DNA from: Octopus sinensis
Lineage: Eukaryota
Assembly: GCF_006345805.1 (NCBI RefSeq)
Contig: NC_042999.1
Coordinates: 169,198,001-169,262,000 of the forward strand
Direction: 5' to 3'
Length of the DNA stretch: 64,000 nt
Below the pieces are notes generated by a model. It saw only the letters and a list, made by a program, of their open reading frames with translations. It was not told the origin of the DNA and ran no database searches. Both the position numbers and the translations under genes were made by a program. Shown piece after piece: positions 49,421-61,700 of the stretch. Position 1 is the first letter of the stretch. Each line of letters begins with the position of its first letter.

Positions 49421-49534
49421 AGTCAACTAAGGCGACATGGCACACCTCATCCCCGCGAACTGAAGAATAGACATGCTAAGCTGCTGAAAAAAGAAATTGA
49501 TGGTCATGTTATACCACATGAAAAGGACAAAAAG
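49421..49534 (+). CDS. scrib: Scribble exon I: SQLRRHGTPHPRELKNRHAKLLKKEIDGHVIPHEKDKK
   Basis: ctccatAG acceptor, GTAACA donor at 49535; phase 0/0; Scribble TPHPxELK motif. Confidence 0.92.
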
Positions 49535-50039
49535 GTAACATGGGTTCTAAAAGCATTTCTTCTGGTGTTAGAAAATTTCGAAACTGGACTGATTATCTTC
49601 ATAAAACAGAAGTCATTAAAATTACAAGCAATGCTGATCATATGCACTTGGATTCACAATTAATGCATTTGTTGGGATGTGTATGCTACATCTAGAATAA
49701 TACTTAGTTATTCTTTATTGTGAGCTGCTATTCATTCTACTTAAATATTAGTTCCTGGACTCCATTGCAAAAATGTCTTGAGGCAGAACATTAGTATCTT
49801 CATAATTGAATGAGTGATAGGCTGCAAATGCAAAATGATAATTCTGGAAACTGAAAATTATTTGTGGAGAATTTTCTGAAAATGTAGCTTTTAGTATGAA
49901 ATTATATACTAAAGACTGACAAATACATGGCTATTAGACTCTAAATAGTAGAAAAGAAAGGATGGGATAGTTTACCACCCCAATGATGATAATAATAATA
50001 ACGACCACCACCACCAACAACAACAACCCATCAGTGGCC

Positions 50040-50725
50040 GAGAAGTTCAGGACTGAAAGCAGAGACTGAAGGTTTCATATTCTCGGCACAGTATCAAAGC
50101 TTGCTTACTAGAATGTACCAGGCTAACGTTCTTCAAATCAGTTCTGATCTTAAATGCAGATTCTATGACATATTTGATGAAACAATAGACCATCTCATTT
50201 TGGGATGTCCTGTGCTGACACCAAACAAATACAAAAATCACCACAATAGGATAGGACAGTATTTACATTGGAAAACATGTAAACACTACAAAATTGACAC
50301 TCTTGCTTACTAGTATAAGCATCATCCTGAGTCAGTCATTGAAGGTAAAAATGTCATTATCCTCTGGGATTTTCCAGTCATCACCGACAGAACAATCCCA
50401 GCTAATCAGCCAGACATAATTATTAAAGACAGGGAAGAAAATACTTGTAGACTAATAGATGTAAGTGTTCCCACTGACAAAAATATATCTATAAAGGAAT
50501 TTGACAAATTAAGTAAATATGAGAACCTGGAAATTGAAATACAAAAGATGTTGCATCTTAAAGCAAGAACTGTTCCTATTATTGTAGGTGCCCTTGTTAT
50601 GATAAAAAAAGGGATGTCAGAAACATATAGACAACATCCCAAGAGAACCATGTCTCAGAGAAGTCCAAAAGACTGTGCTGACAGGTACTGCCCACATCCT
50701 TAGAAAAGCCCTATCAGTTTAAATG
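50040..50725 (+). mobile_element. R4/Dong-like LINE C-terminus (zinc knuckle + RLE)
   Basis: KCRFY...ETIDHLILGC...YKNHHNRIGQYLHW, ILWDFPVITDRTIPANQPDIII, LIDVSVPTD, KLSKYENL, VPIIVGAL; simple triplet repeats on both sides. Confidence 0.88.
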
Positions 50726-50884
50726 TCTGTTTTGTATTACATGAAGATATTTTGCTACTGCCCCTGCCACTTCCCTCCCCAGACTTTCAGTCATATTATA
50801 ACATCTATTATCCTTCAGTCGCCCTAGGACGCTGGCTGTGTCTCAGCAAGTGATTGTAACAAGCATGCAGATTAAAAGTAAATA

Positions 50885-51620
50885 GCAATAATAATAATAA
50901 TCCTTTCTACTAAAAGCACAAGGTCTGAAATTTGGGGGGAAGGGTAAGTTGATACCATTGAGCCCAGTAGGTAACTGGTACTTACTTCATCAATCCCAAA
51001 AGGATGAAAGTCGACTTCAGCAAAATTTGAACTCAGAATGTAGATAGAGACAGATGAAATACTGCTCAGCATTTTGAAGGGAGGTGGGAAGTAAATTATG
51101 TCAACCCCTGTACCTGAATGGTAAGTATTTTATGGACCTTGAAAGCATGAAAGGTAAAGTTGACCTCAGCAGCATTTAAACTCAGGAGATAAAGAGCTTG
51201 AAGAAAATTCCGCTAAGCATTTTGTCCAGCATGGTAACAATTTTGCAATTTCACTGTCTTAATTATAATAATAATAGTTTCAATTTTTGGCACAAGGCCA
51301 GCAATTTTGGGGAAGTGAGTAAGTCAATTGTATTGACCCCAGTGCTCAGCCGAGGTCGACTTTGCCTTTCATCCTTTCAGGGTCGATAAATTAAGTACCA
51401 GTTACGCACTGGGGTCGATGTAATCGACTTAATACCTATGTCTGTCCTTGTTTGTCCCCTCTGTGTTTAGCCCCTTGTGGGTAATAAAGAAATAGGTATT
51501 TATTTTTCAACCCCAAAAGGATGAAAAGCAAAGGTGACCTCAGCATAATTTTGAACTCAGAACACAAAGCTGGAAGAAATGCCATAAAGCATTTTGCCAG
51601 CCTTGAGCAAAATAGTTTCA
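50885..51620. mobile_element. Cluster of 4 SINE family 3 copies incl. a sense copy nested in an antisense copy
   Basis: Antisense copies at ~50900-51075, ~51090-51240 and ~51283-51610; sense copy at 51349-51495, nearly identical to 40580-40724. Confidence 0.8.
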
Positions 51621-51673
51621 AATAGTGATTGTACTGTTCTCCCTATGCAGCAATCACATCCTTGCTACTAATA

Positions 51674-52189
51674 TCTATATATATAAAACTGTAGTTGTGT
51701 GAGTGTCTGTCCCCTTCGATTTAGATTCCTAACTCCTCCCACATTTTGCGGTGCAGTTTAACCAAATTCGGGTATCTTATAGTCGTGATTCATATCGAGC
51801 CCGTCTGGCTATTAGCGCGCGTCTACGATGAGTCTACGATTTAAAAAAAATTTAACATCATTTTTTATTCCATTTTAATGCATAATTTTTCGTGTGTCGA
51901 TGGCGGCGGAGTTGGCGTCCACGCTCAAACACCTGCACCTGTGTTTGCTTCTCCCCCTTCTTCCCTCCCTCGTGAAGCTGTGGGGAAGGGAGCGTAAGGA
52001 AATCAACGTCGTAATGCGTTGTCAAGGAGACCAGCGTTCTTTTAGAACAACGACTTCATGGCTTGAAGACACCAAAACAGAAATGGCTAAGAAAGCCTGA
52101 ATTGGCATCTATAAGGGAAGTAACTCTCTAAAAATGCTTATATAGTTATTTCCCTTACAAACCCGAGCAACGCCGGGCGATACTGCTAG
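51674..52189 (+). mobile_element. Non-autonomous Helitron 1 (516 bp)
   Basis: A|TCTATATATATAAAA 5' end; CCCGAGCAACGCCGGG hairpin 8 nt before CTAG|T; no TSD. Confidence 0.88.
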
Positions 52190-52535
52190 TAACTACTATT
52201 TATGATACCTTAATCTGAATTTTTGCACTTGCCTCTACTGAAATAGGTTTTTAGTATGCTCAACTTAACTGTAACTATTCTTTTGTCTGCCTATTGATCT
52301 GCCTAATATATATATTAATCTCTTATGAGACTTAGGAAAAAACCACTGCATTCTTTTCTAAACACATTTTCAACAATTAGAAAACTAGCACCAGAGAACT
52401 TCATTCATATATTTTATATCTATGAGACATGCACTCACTCAAACATGCACACTCGTTCTCTCTCTCTCTGCCTCCATCCATACATAAGAGAAATCATTTT
52501 TATGGGTTTTTTTTTGTTTTTCTTTTTTGTAACAG

Positions 52536-52647
52536 GACCAATCCTTCATGCCACAAAGGGATCCACGCTGGCTAGAAGCTTCTGATGATTCTGGCTATTT
52601 AGAGAAAAAGAGTTTACCTCAACCTACTTATACCATACCTCCAAAAG
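52536..52647 (+). CDS. scrib: Scribble exon J (linker): DQSFMPQRDPRWLEASDDSGYLEKKSLPQPTYTIPPK(E)
   Basis: T-rich tract + aacAG acceptor, GTAAGT donor at 52648; phase 0/1; no conserved motif recognised, so supported by splice signals and frame only. Confidence 0.78.
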
Positions 52648-52671
52648 GTAAGTCACAACTTAAGGATAATA

Positions 52672-53055
52672 TCTCTCTCTATATAAACGGCAGTTTGTCT
52701 GTGCGTGTTTCTGTGTGTCTGTTTGCTTGTACCCTCACCCTGACCACGGCTTTCAACCGATTCTGATGAAACTTGACACACACATAGCCCAATGTCATAA
52801 TTCAAAACTAACGCAGCGAAAATTTTGAAAAGTTCCCCCAGTTCTGAAAAAAATCGATAAATTCGACATGGGGTCGAGAATCAGAAACACAAACCGCAAA
52901 CTGTCTAGGGGACGCAACTCCACCTTTTTTAACTAAAAAAAAAATTTACCATCATTTTTTTCCCATTTTTTTGCTATTTTTTGGCTATAACTCTCTAAAA
53001 ATGCTTTATAGTTATTTCCCTTACAAACCTGAGCAACGCCGGGCGATACTGCTAG
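52672..53055 (+). mobile_element. Non-autonomous Helitron 2 (384 bp)
   Basis: A|TCTCTCTCTATATAAA 5' end; same 3' terminus as Helitron 1 (..gagcaacgccgggcgatactgCTAG|T). Confidence 0.88.
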
Positions 53056-53596
53056 TCTAGGATACAAATATTAATGTGATTTTGTCAGTTTTTCATTATG
53101 GTATTGTCATTCTAACCCCAAAATCAAACAATGTTCACTTAAATGTCTGAAAATGTAAATGTCTATGGTAAAGATTAGGGGCGCATTTCACTGAGCTGTA
53201 AATTGTTATCCTGGGAAAATAGTTTATTAATTCAACCAATATCATAGGCCCTATATAATATCTGTTTTAATATGTTGAATTACTTTCCTGAAATCCTATG
53301 GGCATGTCACATGACAGTTTAATAGTATAAATGAGCTAATTTAGTCTAATGGCAGTATTGTTGAATGTTACAGAGTTAAGAGTGAAAGTAGTTTCTAGTC
53401 TATGACTAATTCAAATTGTCTGTATGATATGATATTTCATCACTTCAGAAGTCAAATTAAATCCATGACTAAGGTAAGAAATTCACAGGAGCCTCATTAT
53501 ATGAACAATGAATATTGTTGAAAAGTATAAACTGAATTTCATTTCCTCTACCTTCAACTATCAGCTGATCAAAAATTCTTTATTCCAATTATCTAG

Positions 53597-53937
53597 AAAA
53601 CAATATATCTAAGCAAGTTGGGGAACAAAGTTATGTCTCTGTGCCATATATGTCTACAAAGCCTGAAGAACCAGAAGAATTAATCAAACTTGAGCCAGAA
53701 GAAGTTGAAGATACTATACCGAAGGAATGTCAACCTCTTTTGCTTTCTGAAACTTTAGTTTATCCAGAAGCCATTAGAAAACCTGCACAGATGCTAACAC
53801 CAGGTGACTCTGATGACATAGATTCCTCTTCGGTTGAAAGACCAGCTACTAATTTAGAATCTGATGGAGGTTTTGCTGAAAATGAACAAGAAAATGGTGA
53901 TATTGGAAATTCAGAAAATGATTATGCTGATGATGAG
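53597..53937 (+). CDS. scrib: Scribble exon K (acidic linker): (E)NNISKQVGEQSYVSVPYMSTKPEEPEE...ENDYADDE
   Basis: Open frame 53569-53961, GTATGG donor at 53938 (phase 0). The only in-frame phase-1 acceptor I found is atctAG at 53595-53596; the 5' boundary is uncertain (see findings). Confidence 0.75.
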
Positions 53938-55749
53938 GTATGGCATCTGTTTCTTCATTAAAACATTTTCAATTGACTTTTTAATTAAGAAAACAAATTC
54001 ACATTCCCTTTTTGAGTAGATGCTATGGTGTGATTAAACTATATGAATATATTCAGTGGGCACTAGTAAACAAAATTGCAAATTTATTGAGATTATGAAC
54101 TTCTTCTATTCTACTTGTAAAACTCATAGTTTAGATAAAGCTTATTTAGTTCAATTCCACATGAATGTTCTTGTAAAAATATGCCTCTTGAACATGTTTA
54201 AATTACAACTGTAGGTGAAGTATAATGACTGCCTAGACTATTTGTGTATGTTTTTGTATGAGTTCAAATGTTTCAAAGGCCGTAGTATTGTACTTCAAAG
54301 CTAGATGTAAAGCTCTGCTTGTTTTAGTTTGTCTGGTTGACAATAAGTTCCACTTCTATTTCACAGATGAATGATTAGCAATAGTAAAGGATCCAGTTAC
54401 AAAAAGAATTGCTCCAAATAAAACCATCTCACCCATGCTAACATGAAACAATGTAAAACTGAAAGAGAGGGGATATACAATGCAAATAACAGCATAGATC
54501 ATAAGCTAGTTACTGTTTACCACCATGGTAAACCTATTTCATGTTATTGATTTAATAATCTTAGCTGATGAGACAAACTTAGTATTTCTGTAAACTATTT
54601 AAAGTATTGCTTACATGTATTTATCTTCAATTATATAATATTGTTTTGTTAGAAATAATTTCTTTTGTTACATTTTTCTTCTTTCTTGATAATTAATCTG
54701 TAGCTTATTTAATCACATTCAATAGAAATTTTATAGTTTTGAAAATGGTACCATTCTGAGAAAACAAAGCTAAAATGTTGACACTGCTTGTTTGTTTATT
54801 TTCTACATTGACTTCTTGCTTAAACACAAGGTCACAAATTTATAAGGAGAAGAATGAGCTTATCTGGTATTTGTATAGCCACACTTGAAGACCAACATTT
54901 TAAAGTAACTTATTAGTTTTGTTTTTTCTGTAAAGCCTAGATTAATATTATTCCATTATTTTCCGCTTTTAATTTCTTGATTTGGTAACAGTTCTTTGAT
55001 TGATTATGTTGTGAAAATATAAGCCTTGCAACTATTGTAACAGATGGATGAAAAACTGTGGATTAGATTTGTAGGAGAGAATAAGTATTTGGACCTGCCA
55101 TCCATTCTTTCTATTAAGTCTTTATATTTACCAAGTGGTTATATCAACAATATACATATATATCTGGCATTTAGCTATTCTTTGTCCAAATCCTGCTTGA
55201 GATCATATTTAATTTCACTGCTTCAGTGTTGATAAAACTAAATTCAGTAATGTACTAAAACTAGTAAAGCAGGAGAAATAGTAATGAGTTAAATTAAATT
55301 CCTTACAGTTTTTAGTTTTGTCCCTCTACAATCCAAGTTCAAATCATTCTAGGATTGGCGTTACTTTTAATCTCTCTAGAATTAAGAAAGAACTATTAAC
55401 TACTGAGTGTAATTAATTGGCTGCACCGTCCATTACAATTTTGTGACTTTATGTCAATGTGACGACGTTGTTGTTGTTATTGAACAGCAAGAGAAACAAC
55501 AACAGAGAGTAAGGTTATGTTCTCTGCAAACCAAGTCTGTGTCTCACTTTTGAGTTCTGGTTAGAAACATTTCACTTTATTTGTATTGCTGTGTTGGAAA
55601 CACCTTGAATATTACACTCCAACCACCTTCCATAAGAATTCTAAGGTCTCATGCATCTGTAGAAAGTTATCATCATAGCCAACATTGACATATTGATTAA
55701 GCAGAATCATTAAAGTATCAAACACAATACCCAATGGTATTTCTTTCCA

Positions 55750-55893
55750 GTTACTGAGGTCAACTTTGCCTTTCATCCTTTCAGGGTTGATAAAATAAAG
55801 TACCATTCAAGTACTGGAGTCAATGTAAATGACTTACTCTTCTCCCCTTCAAATTGCAGATCTTGTGCCAAATTAGAAGGAATTATCTTCTTC

Positions 55894-55927
<34 letters not shown>

Positions 55928-55930
55928 ACA
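55750..55930 (+). mobile_element. SINE family 3 3' part followed by (CAT)n
   Basis: gaggtcaactttgcctttcatcctttcagggttgataaaataaagtacc; (TCA)n run at ~55895-55926. Confidence 0.75.
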
Positions 55931-58900
55931 ACATAAAAATTTAGAAATAAATGTTAGTAACCATTCAAAACTAATGTTAAGTTATGGTATTGTTCTTTAA
56001 AAAAAAAAGCCTCAATCTAGTGTTTCAGAATTTGGCTAATTATTGGTAAGAATTTTATCCAGTATTATCTTAAGCAACTCAATCATGCAGTAATTTTAAT
56101 TTTGGGTTTCTTTAGAGTAATAGAGATAAAGGTAATTTATTTACTGTAATATCATTTGGATTTTATTGTTCTGTTTATAATAATTATTAATGCTTTACTC
56201 TGTAAATTTAGTAAAATTATTTTTTAGTAGTATATAATATTATCTATTCATTTTCATGAGTAACTAGAAATTGTTGCAAAGTCTTCTCTGTAGTGCTGTT
56301 ATTGGTGTTGTACAATCTAGGCTTAGTAGTCCATAACTTTTTGCAGCACGATTTCTATTCTACTAACCTCTGTCCCTTTTGAATGCTGGGATAGTTCCTC
56401 TAATCATGTTTTTCTTTCTCAGTAATCTAGCTCTGTGACAATGACATCCAATTTATAAGGCTCTATGTCTGCATGGTATAGCATGGTTCTTTGGTCGTGC
56501 AAGGTTGTTCAGAAAATGAAATTGTTGAATTTAGTTAACTTTTGGTTGGTTTCTTTAATCCAATAAGGTAAGTTTAATAATAAACAAGCAAACAAATGAA
56601 TGACAATGGCTCTTTCTCACTGAACTTGGCATGAAAACCCTGTAAACTTTTGATGTATTTTCATCAGAATATTCAGTCTTGCACTATTTTGATTCCTTTT
56701 TGACCCTTCCATTAAGGTTTCTATTTGAAGGTAATAACTTAGTTATGAAACTAGTTAAAAAAACAAATTAAACAATTGTAAATAATTCATAAGTATTATT
56801 ATGTAAGATACTTGCTTACATTTCCTTTGCATTCACAGCATTATTGTTTTACATATCAAGTACCTGGATGCTAGATAACCTTTCAAAATAACTCATCCTA
56901 TCAAGTCATGAAACTAATATTGAAAAGTCTAATAGCAACAGTCATAACTCTTGAATCTTTTACCAGTTTCTTGAATTTTTTATGGCAGAGGAAATTACTT
57001 TATGTAGTAAATAATTTCCATTTTCAGAAGATTATTTAGGATTATATAATTTGGTATGTCATTATTCTCAACATTTTTGTTGTGTTCAGAAAAGTAGCGG
57101 TTGGTAGAATTGGTAGGGCACAGAGAAAAATTGATTGCATTTAGTTCATTCTTTCATATCTAAAGTTCTACTCTATTTGAAGATTGACTTCACCTTTCAC
57201 TTATCTAAGATTCATAAGATAAATACCTTTGTGGCTTTGCACCTGCGTAAAAAATTATTATTGTTTGATTAATTCATTAAAATTGATAAACACATTAGGT
57301 ATTCATTTTGCTGCTTCTTTGATTTTCTACTAAAGTACATTTCCTAAAGGGTTCAATTTTCAGATAATAGATATTGACTTTCACCAATAGATTCAATTAA
57401 TTAGTTTATATTTGTGTTTAATCCCAGATAAATTATACAAGTTTTGAAATATATTGGAAATATTAAGTAATTGTAAATCTATTTAAATTGGAAATTCCTG
57501 TCATTAAGGTTTTTGCCCTTTTTTTATTTTGTTACTCTACAATTTGAGTAACTCACCCAATTTTCAAATTTTTAATTGAAAACTGATTTTAATTTTCTTT
57601 CTGTAATTAAAAAAAAATTTATTTGTGATTCTTGGCTATTTCAGTTACTTAGGTTGTGATGAAATAATAAATAAGCTGAAAAATCCATATAGCCAGGGAA
57701 ATAGTTAATTCCTATTAAGCAGTAATCCAGAATTTTTTATAAGATTTTCTTTTATTCTTTAAAGATACTTTCATAGATTGTAGCAAAGAATGTAATAAAC
57801 AAACAGTTTTCTTTTATCTTATCACTACCTGGAAAATGTTCTGATATTGAATGATATACAAGAATGTTTCTAGTTCAAAAAGGCAGCTTTGAAAAGAAAT
57901 GTTTTTATACATTTTCTTTTATCCTGAATCTGAAAGAATTCTTGGAGGATTTGCAATCCATGACTTTTGCAGGTCCTCCTAGACTAGTGATCATGATGCT
58001 GTTAATGTTCCATATAAATTGTTGCAAAGTCAAGTTCCAGAGGACTGATGCATAGGTGAGGTATGACTAGGAATAGTGATTAGTTTGGGACCTGGAGGTT
58101 GAACACAGCAAGGGTAATATGAGATGGAAAGACGAGTGGATCAGGAGTGCCTGAGTGAAGGAGGCACAAGACCAGCTTGCCCTGAGGAACAGTATTTTAT
58201 TAATATATATGTAGCATGGAGCTCTTAGTAATATTTATAGTTAGGCTGCCAAGTTTTAGAAGAAGTTTCAAAGGACATAGTAAAGTTCCCCGTGAAAAAT
58301 ATTTTATCTTAGTGTTCTTTTGGAAATTCTTGTAAGTTCCATCTTCTTCTTTATTTCTATCGTTTGACCACAATTTATTTCCTAATGATCATCTGGAAGC
58401 AGTTTTCCTTATTTTAATTTTTTACCTGCAAAATCTGCAGAGAATAAGAAAATAAATTAAATTAAATTCCTTTGTTGTTAAATTTGTGCAATGATACTTT
58501 TGGGTAAGTACTTACATACATGTCCATAGGGAAATTTTTGTTGTTGTTTATTTTGGGTGGATGGGTGGGGGTATTTATTTATTTTTTTTGTTTTCAGGGT
58601 TTTTCTTTTTTTTGTCTTTGTTAGCTTTACCATTCTACTGTTTTAGTGCATTTGTGATGTCACTTCTTAAGAGTAGTTAGTGCACCATCTCCCCTAGCAT
58701 GTCTGTTGCATTCACCCATTATGGGATAAAATCTGTCAGATCTTTCAATTATGATTTTTTTTGTTGTTTATATTTAATTTTTTTAAAGAATATTTTATAG
58801 AAAACTGGTCACCAAAATATTCTTGGTTGATAAGTATTCTTTTAGAAATAAGTTTACTCCTCTTCCATTTGAACCTAGTATTAGAAATTTAAGATCAAAT

Positions 58901-59934
58901 GAACTAGGAGCACTAGATCCTTTTGCAAATTAAACATATTGTATAATAGATTTCCTTAAGACTTTCTGTTATCCATTTGGCACACATGTACACACATATA
59001 TTCTTGATCTTCCCAGTTTGTTTTAATTTTGTTCAAAGGTAATTTGCTCTGTCCCTTTCAGAAATCTAATTGTAACACTAAATGCTAAAATGCATGAAGC
59101 ACTAACATATATACATTACTTTATGACACCTTCAACTATCTCTAAAAACACACAAACAGATCAGACAAGAAAACTGTAATTCTCTTTCTTCAGTGTATCT
59201 TGTTTCATATAGTTGTTTCATATGACTTTACTTGTGTTAGAAATTGTAGGATTTCTCTCTAGTCATTATCTTCATTTGCATTCAGTCAATTATAAACGGC
59301 TTATTTCTCTTAAGTTTATTTTTTTTCTCTTCTCCTTTCAAATCTTGTTTTATACACTATTCTTCCCTTGGAATTAAACAATATCTTAATAAATTTGTAA
59401 ATTAATCTAGGGTTGATAAGTGGGTGCAGATAGTTATTTAACTGGAGATACACCTTAAATTTTTTTTAAACAACTTCATAGCAAAGTGTTTTTGTTTGAA
59501 TTTTACCATATCAAGAGTTCTTCATTGCCTAATTATTTCAGGAAATCTGAACATTCTTAAAGAGCCTATAAACATTAACATTATTAATTTAAACTATTCT
59601 TTCACTGTCTAAATTGAAGTCATCTAACTTCAGTTTAATATGGTTACTTGAAGATTGTTCTGACCATTGGAAACCAAATTTCTAGCAAATTGAGAAAAGA
59701 CAGGTGGTTCTAAATTTATTTATCTATTTATCATCATCACCATCATCATCATCATCATCATCATTATTATTATCATTATTACTATTCTTATCATCGTTCC
59801 TTTTACGCTTTTAGGAAATCATATCCTAATTTCTTAGTCCTCATCCTGTGCAATGGCAATAGTACTTAAAGAGGGCCATAACCACCGGTAGCTACCTGTC
59901 GAGTTAGTATTCACTATTCTGTTATTTTGTACAG

Positions 59935-60156
59935 CAGGTAGATCCCCACCGCAGGCGTGTCATTTTCCCCCCTGAAATTGAGGAGCAGCCTGAGAAAGAA
60001 AATAAACTACGCCGCCGGGACACGCCACACCACTTAAAGAACAAGCGTATCAACGTGATGTCCTCGAAAGATGAAGCTGATCAGGTGCGCGAAATCCTAG
60101 CCCAGGCAGCTGCAACTGCCAAAATGGAAAAAATGGAGGAGAAATCCATCCTTAAG
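59935..60156 (+). CDS. scrib: Scribble exon L: (Q)VDPHRRRVIFPPEIEEQPEKENKLRRRDTPHHLKNKRINVMSSKDEADQVREILAQAAATAKMEKMEEKSILK
   Basis: CAGCAG tandem acceptor (start 59935 or 59938), GTAGGC donor at 60157; phase 0/0; conserved RRDTPHHLKNKR motif. Confidence 0.93.
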
Positions 60157-61312
60157 GTAGGCAGGAGCTACCATTAGGCTGGGGGTGCTTATGTCGAAGA
60201 CAACAGGAAGTTGTGCAACCTTACTTACTACCATCGCTATTACTACCATCACTATTGCTACTACCACTGCTACTCAAAAGTAAAGGGTTGGTGCTGAACC
60301 GCCTTTCCCTATCAATTATCTTGTTCCTGCACATGTTTATTTCCCTCGATTATATTCCATCCCATGACTACATCCAACTTCCATTCAGATATGGCTAAAA
60401 TATGTTGTTCTAGAAATTATTTCTACTGCAAAGAAATTTATGATTTTCATCATTTTATACTTTTATTTGCAGTATTGTTAATGACCTCCCAAATTAATTC
60501 TAAGTCAAGAGCATGTCTATGACTTTACTAAACCCTTCTCCCTCTCTGAAATTTCTTCCCTTCTCCCTCTCTGAAATTTCTTTCATTATCTAGAGTATAA
60601 ATAGGGTAAATTTGAAAGGTTAATGAAACACAAAAAAACTAAACAGATTTTCAAAACATTTTAAACATACACATATTTCCTCATCTTAGATTTAATTTGT
60701 TTTTTTAACAATTTTGTTGATGACTTTGAGGATCTTCATCCATCACAATCTAATAGCTATTAGAATCCCTTCAAAATAAACTACAATTTTAACAATGCAA
60801 GGATGGGTGGGTGCCCAAGAATTTTTAAATTTATTTTATAGACAAATGTATTGAACTTATACTTACTTTATATACATTTAAGTATGACTTTGAAATACTA
60901 GTTACTGTGCATCAGATTGTATATCTTTCTACTTGATGAAGTGTACTAAGTACCTATTTTTCTGTTAAAAGTTTTCCTACATATTACACACAGAAACACA
61001 CAATGTATGCATAACAGCTGATACACTCTTACTGTAAATATTATGTTTAGATAAGTTACATTCAGAGTTCTCTGTGTATGTTTATGCAACTGACAATAAC
61101 TACAAGACGATCTCTTCAACAGCGAGTATTGATGTAGAAAGCTGAGTCTGCTATCTTGTGTGAATTCTTGTCTCTTCATTTACATTGCTAATTACCTTTG
61201 AAAAGCATCAACATCAGAATTGTTCACTTCAGTATCTTCTGTAATTTTAGATGCACCTTTCTTGAAATGCTAGAGAGTTTCAATACTACTTATATTATGA
61301 AACATAAATATA

Positions 61313-61700
61313 GGCGCAGGAGTGGCTGTGTGGTAAGTAGCTTGCTAACCAACCACATGGTTCCGGGTTCAGTCCCACTGCGTGGCATCTTGGGCAAGTG
61401 TCTTCTGCTATAGCCCCGGGCCGACCAATGCCTTGTGAGTGGATTTGGTAGACGGAAACAGAGAGAAGCCTGTCGTATATATATATATGTGTGTGTTTGT
61501 GTGTGTTCCCCTAGCATTGCTTGACAACCGATGCTGGTGTGTTTACGTCCCTGTCACCTAGCAGTTCGGCAAAAGAGACCGATAGAATAAGTACTGGGCT
61601 TACAAAAAAGAATAAGTCCCGGGGTCGATTTGCTCGATTAAAGGCGGTGCTCCAGCATGGCCGCAGTCAAATGACTGAAACAAGTAAAAGAGTAAAGAGA
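61313..61700 (+). mobile_element. SINE family 1 copy
   Basis: Full length, high identity. Confidence 0.9.

Noticed and set aside
60533-60583. 24-bp tandem duplication (cccttctccctctctgaaatttct x2)
   Set aside because: Ordinary slippage duplication with no further structure.
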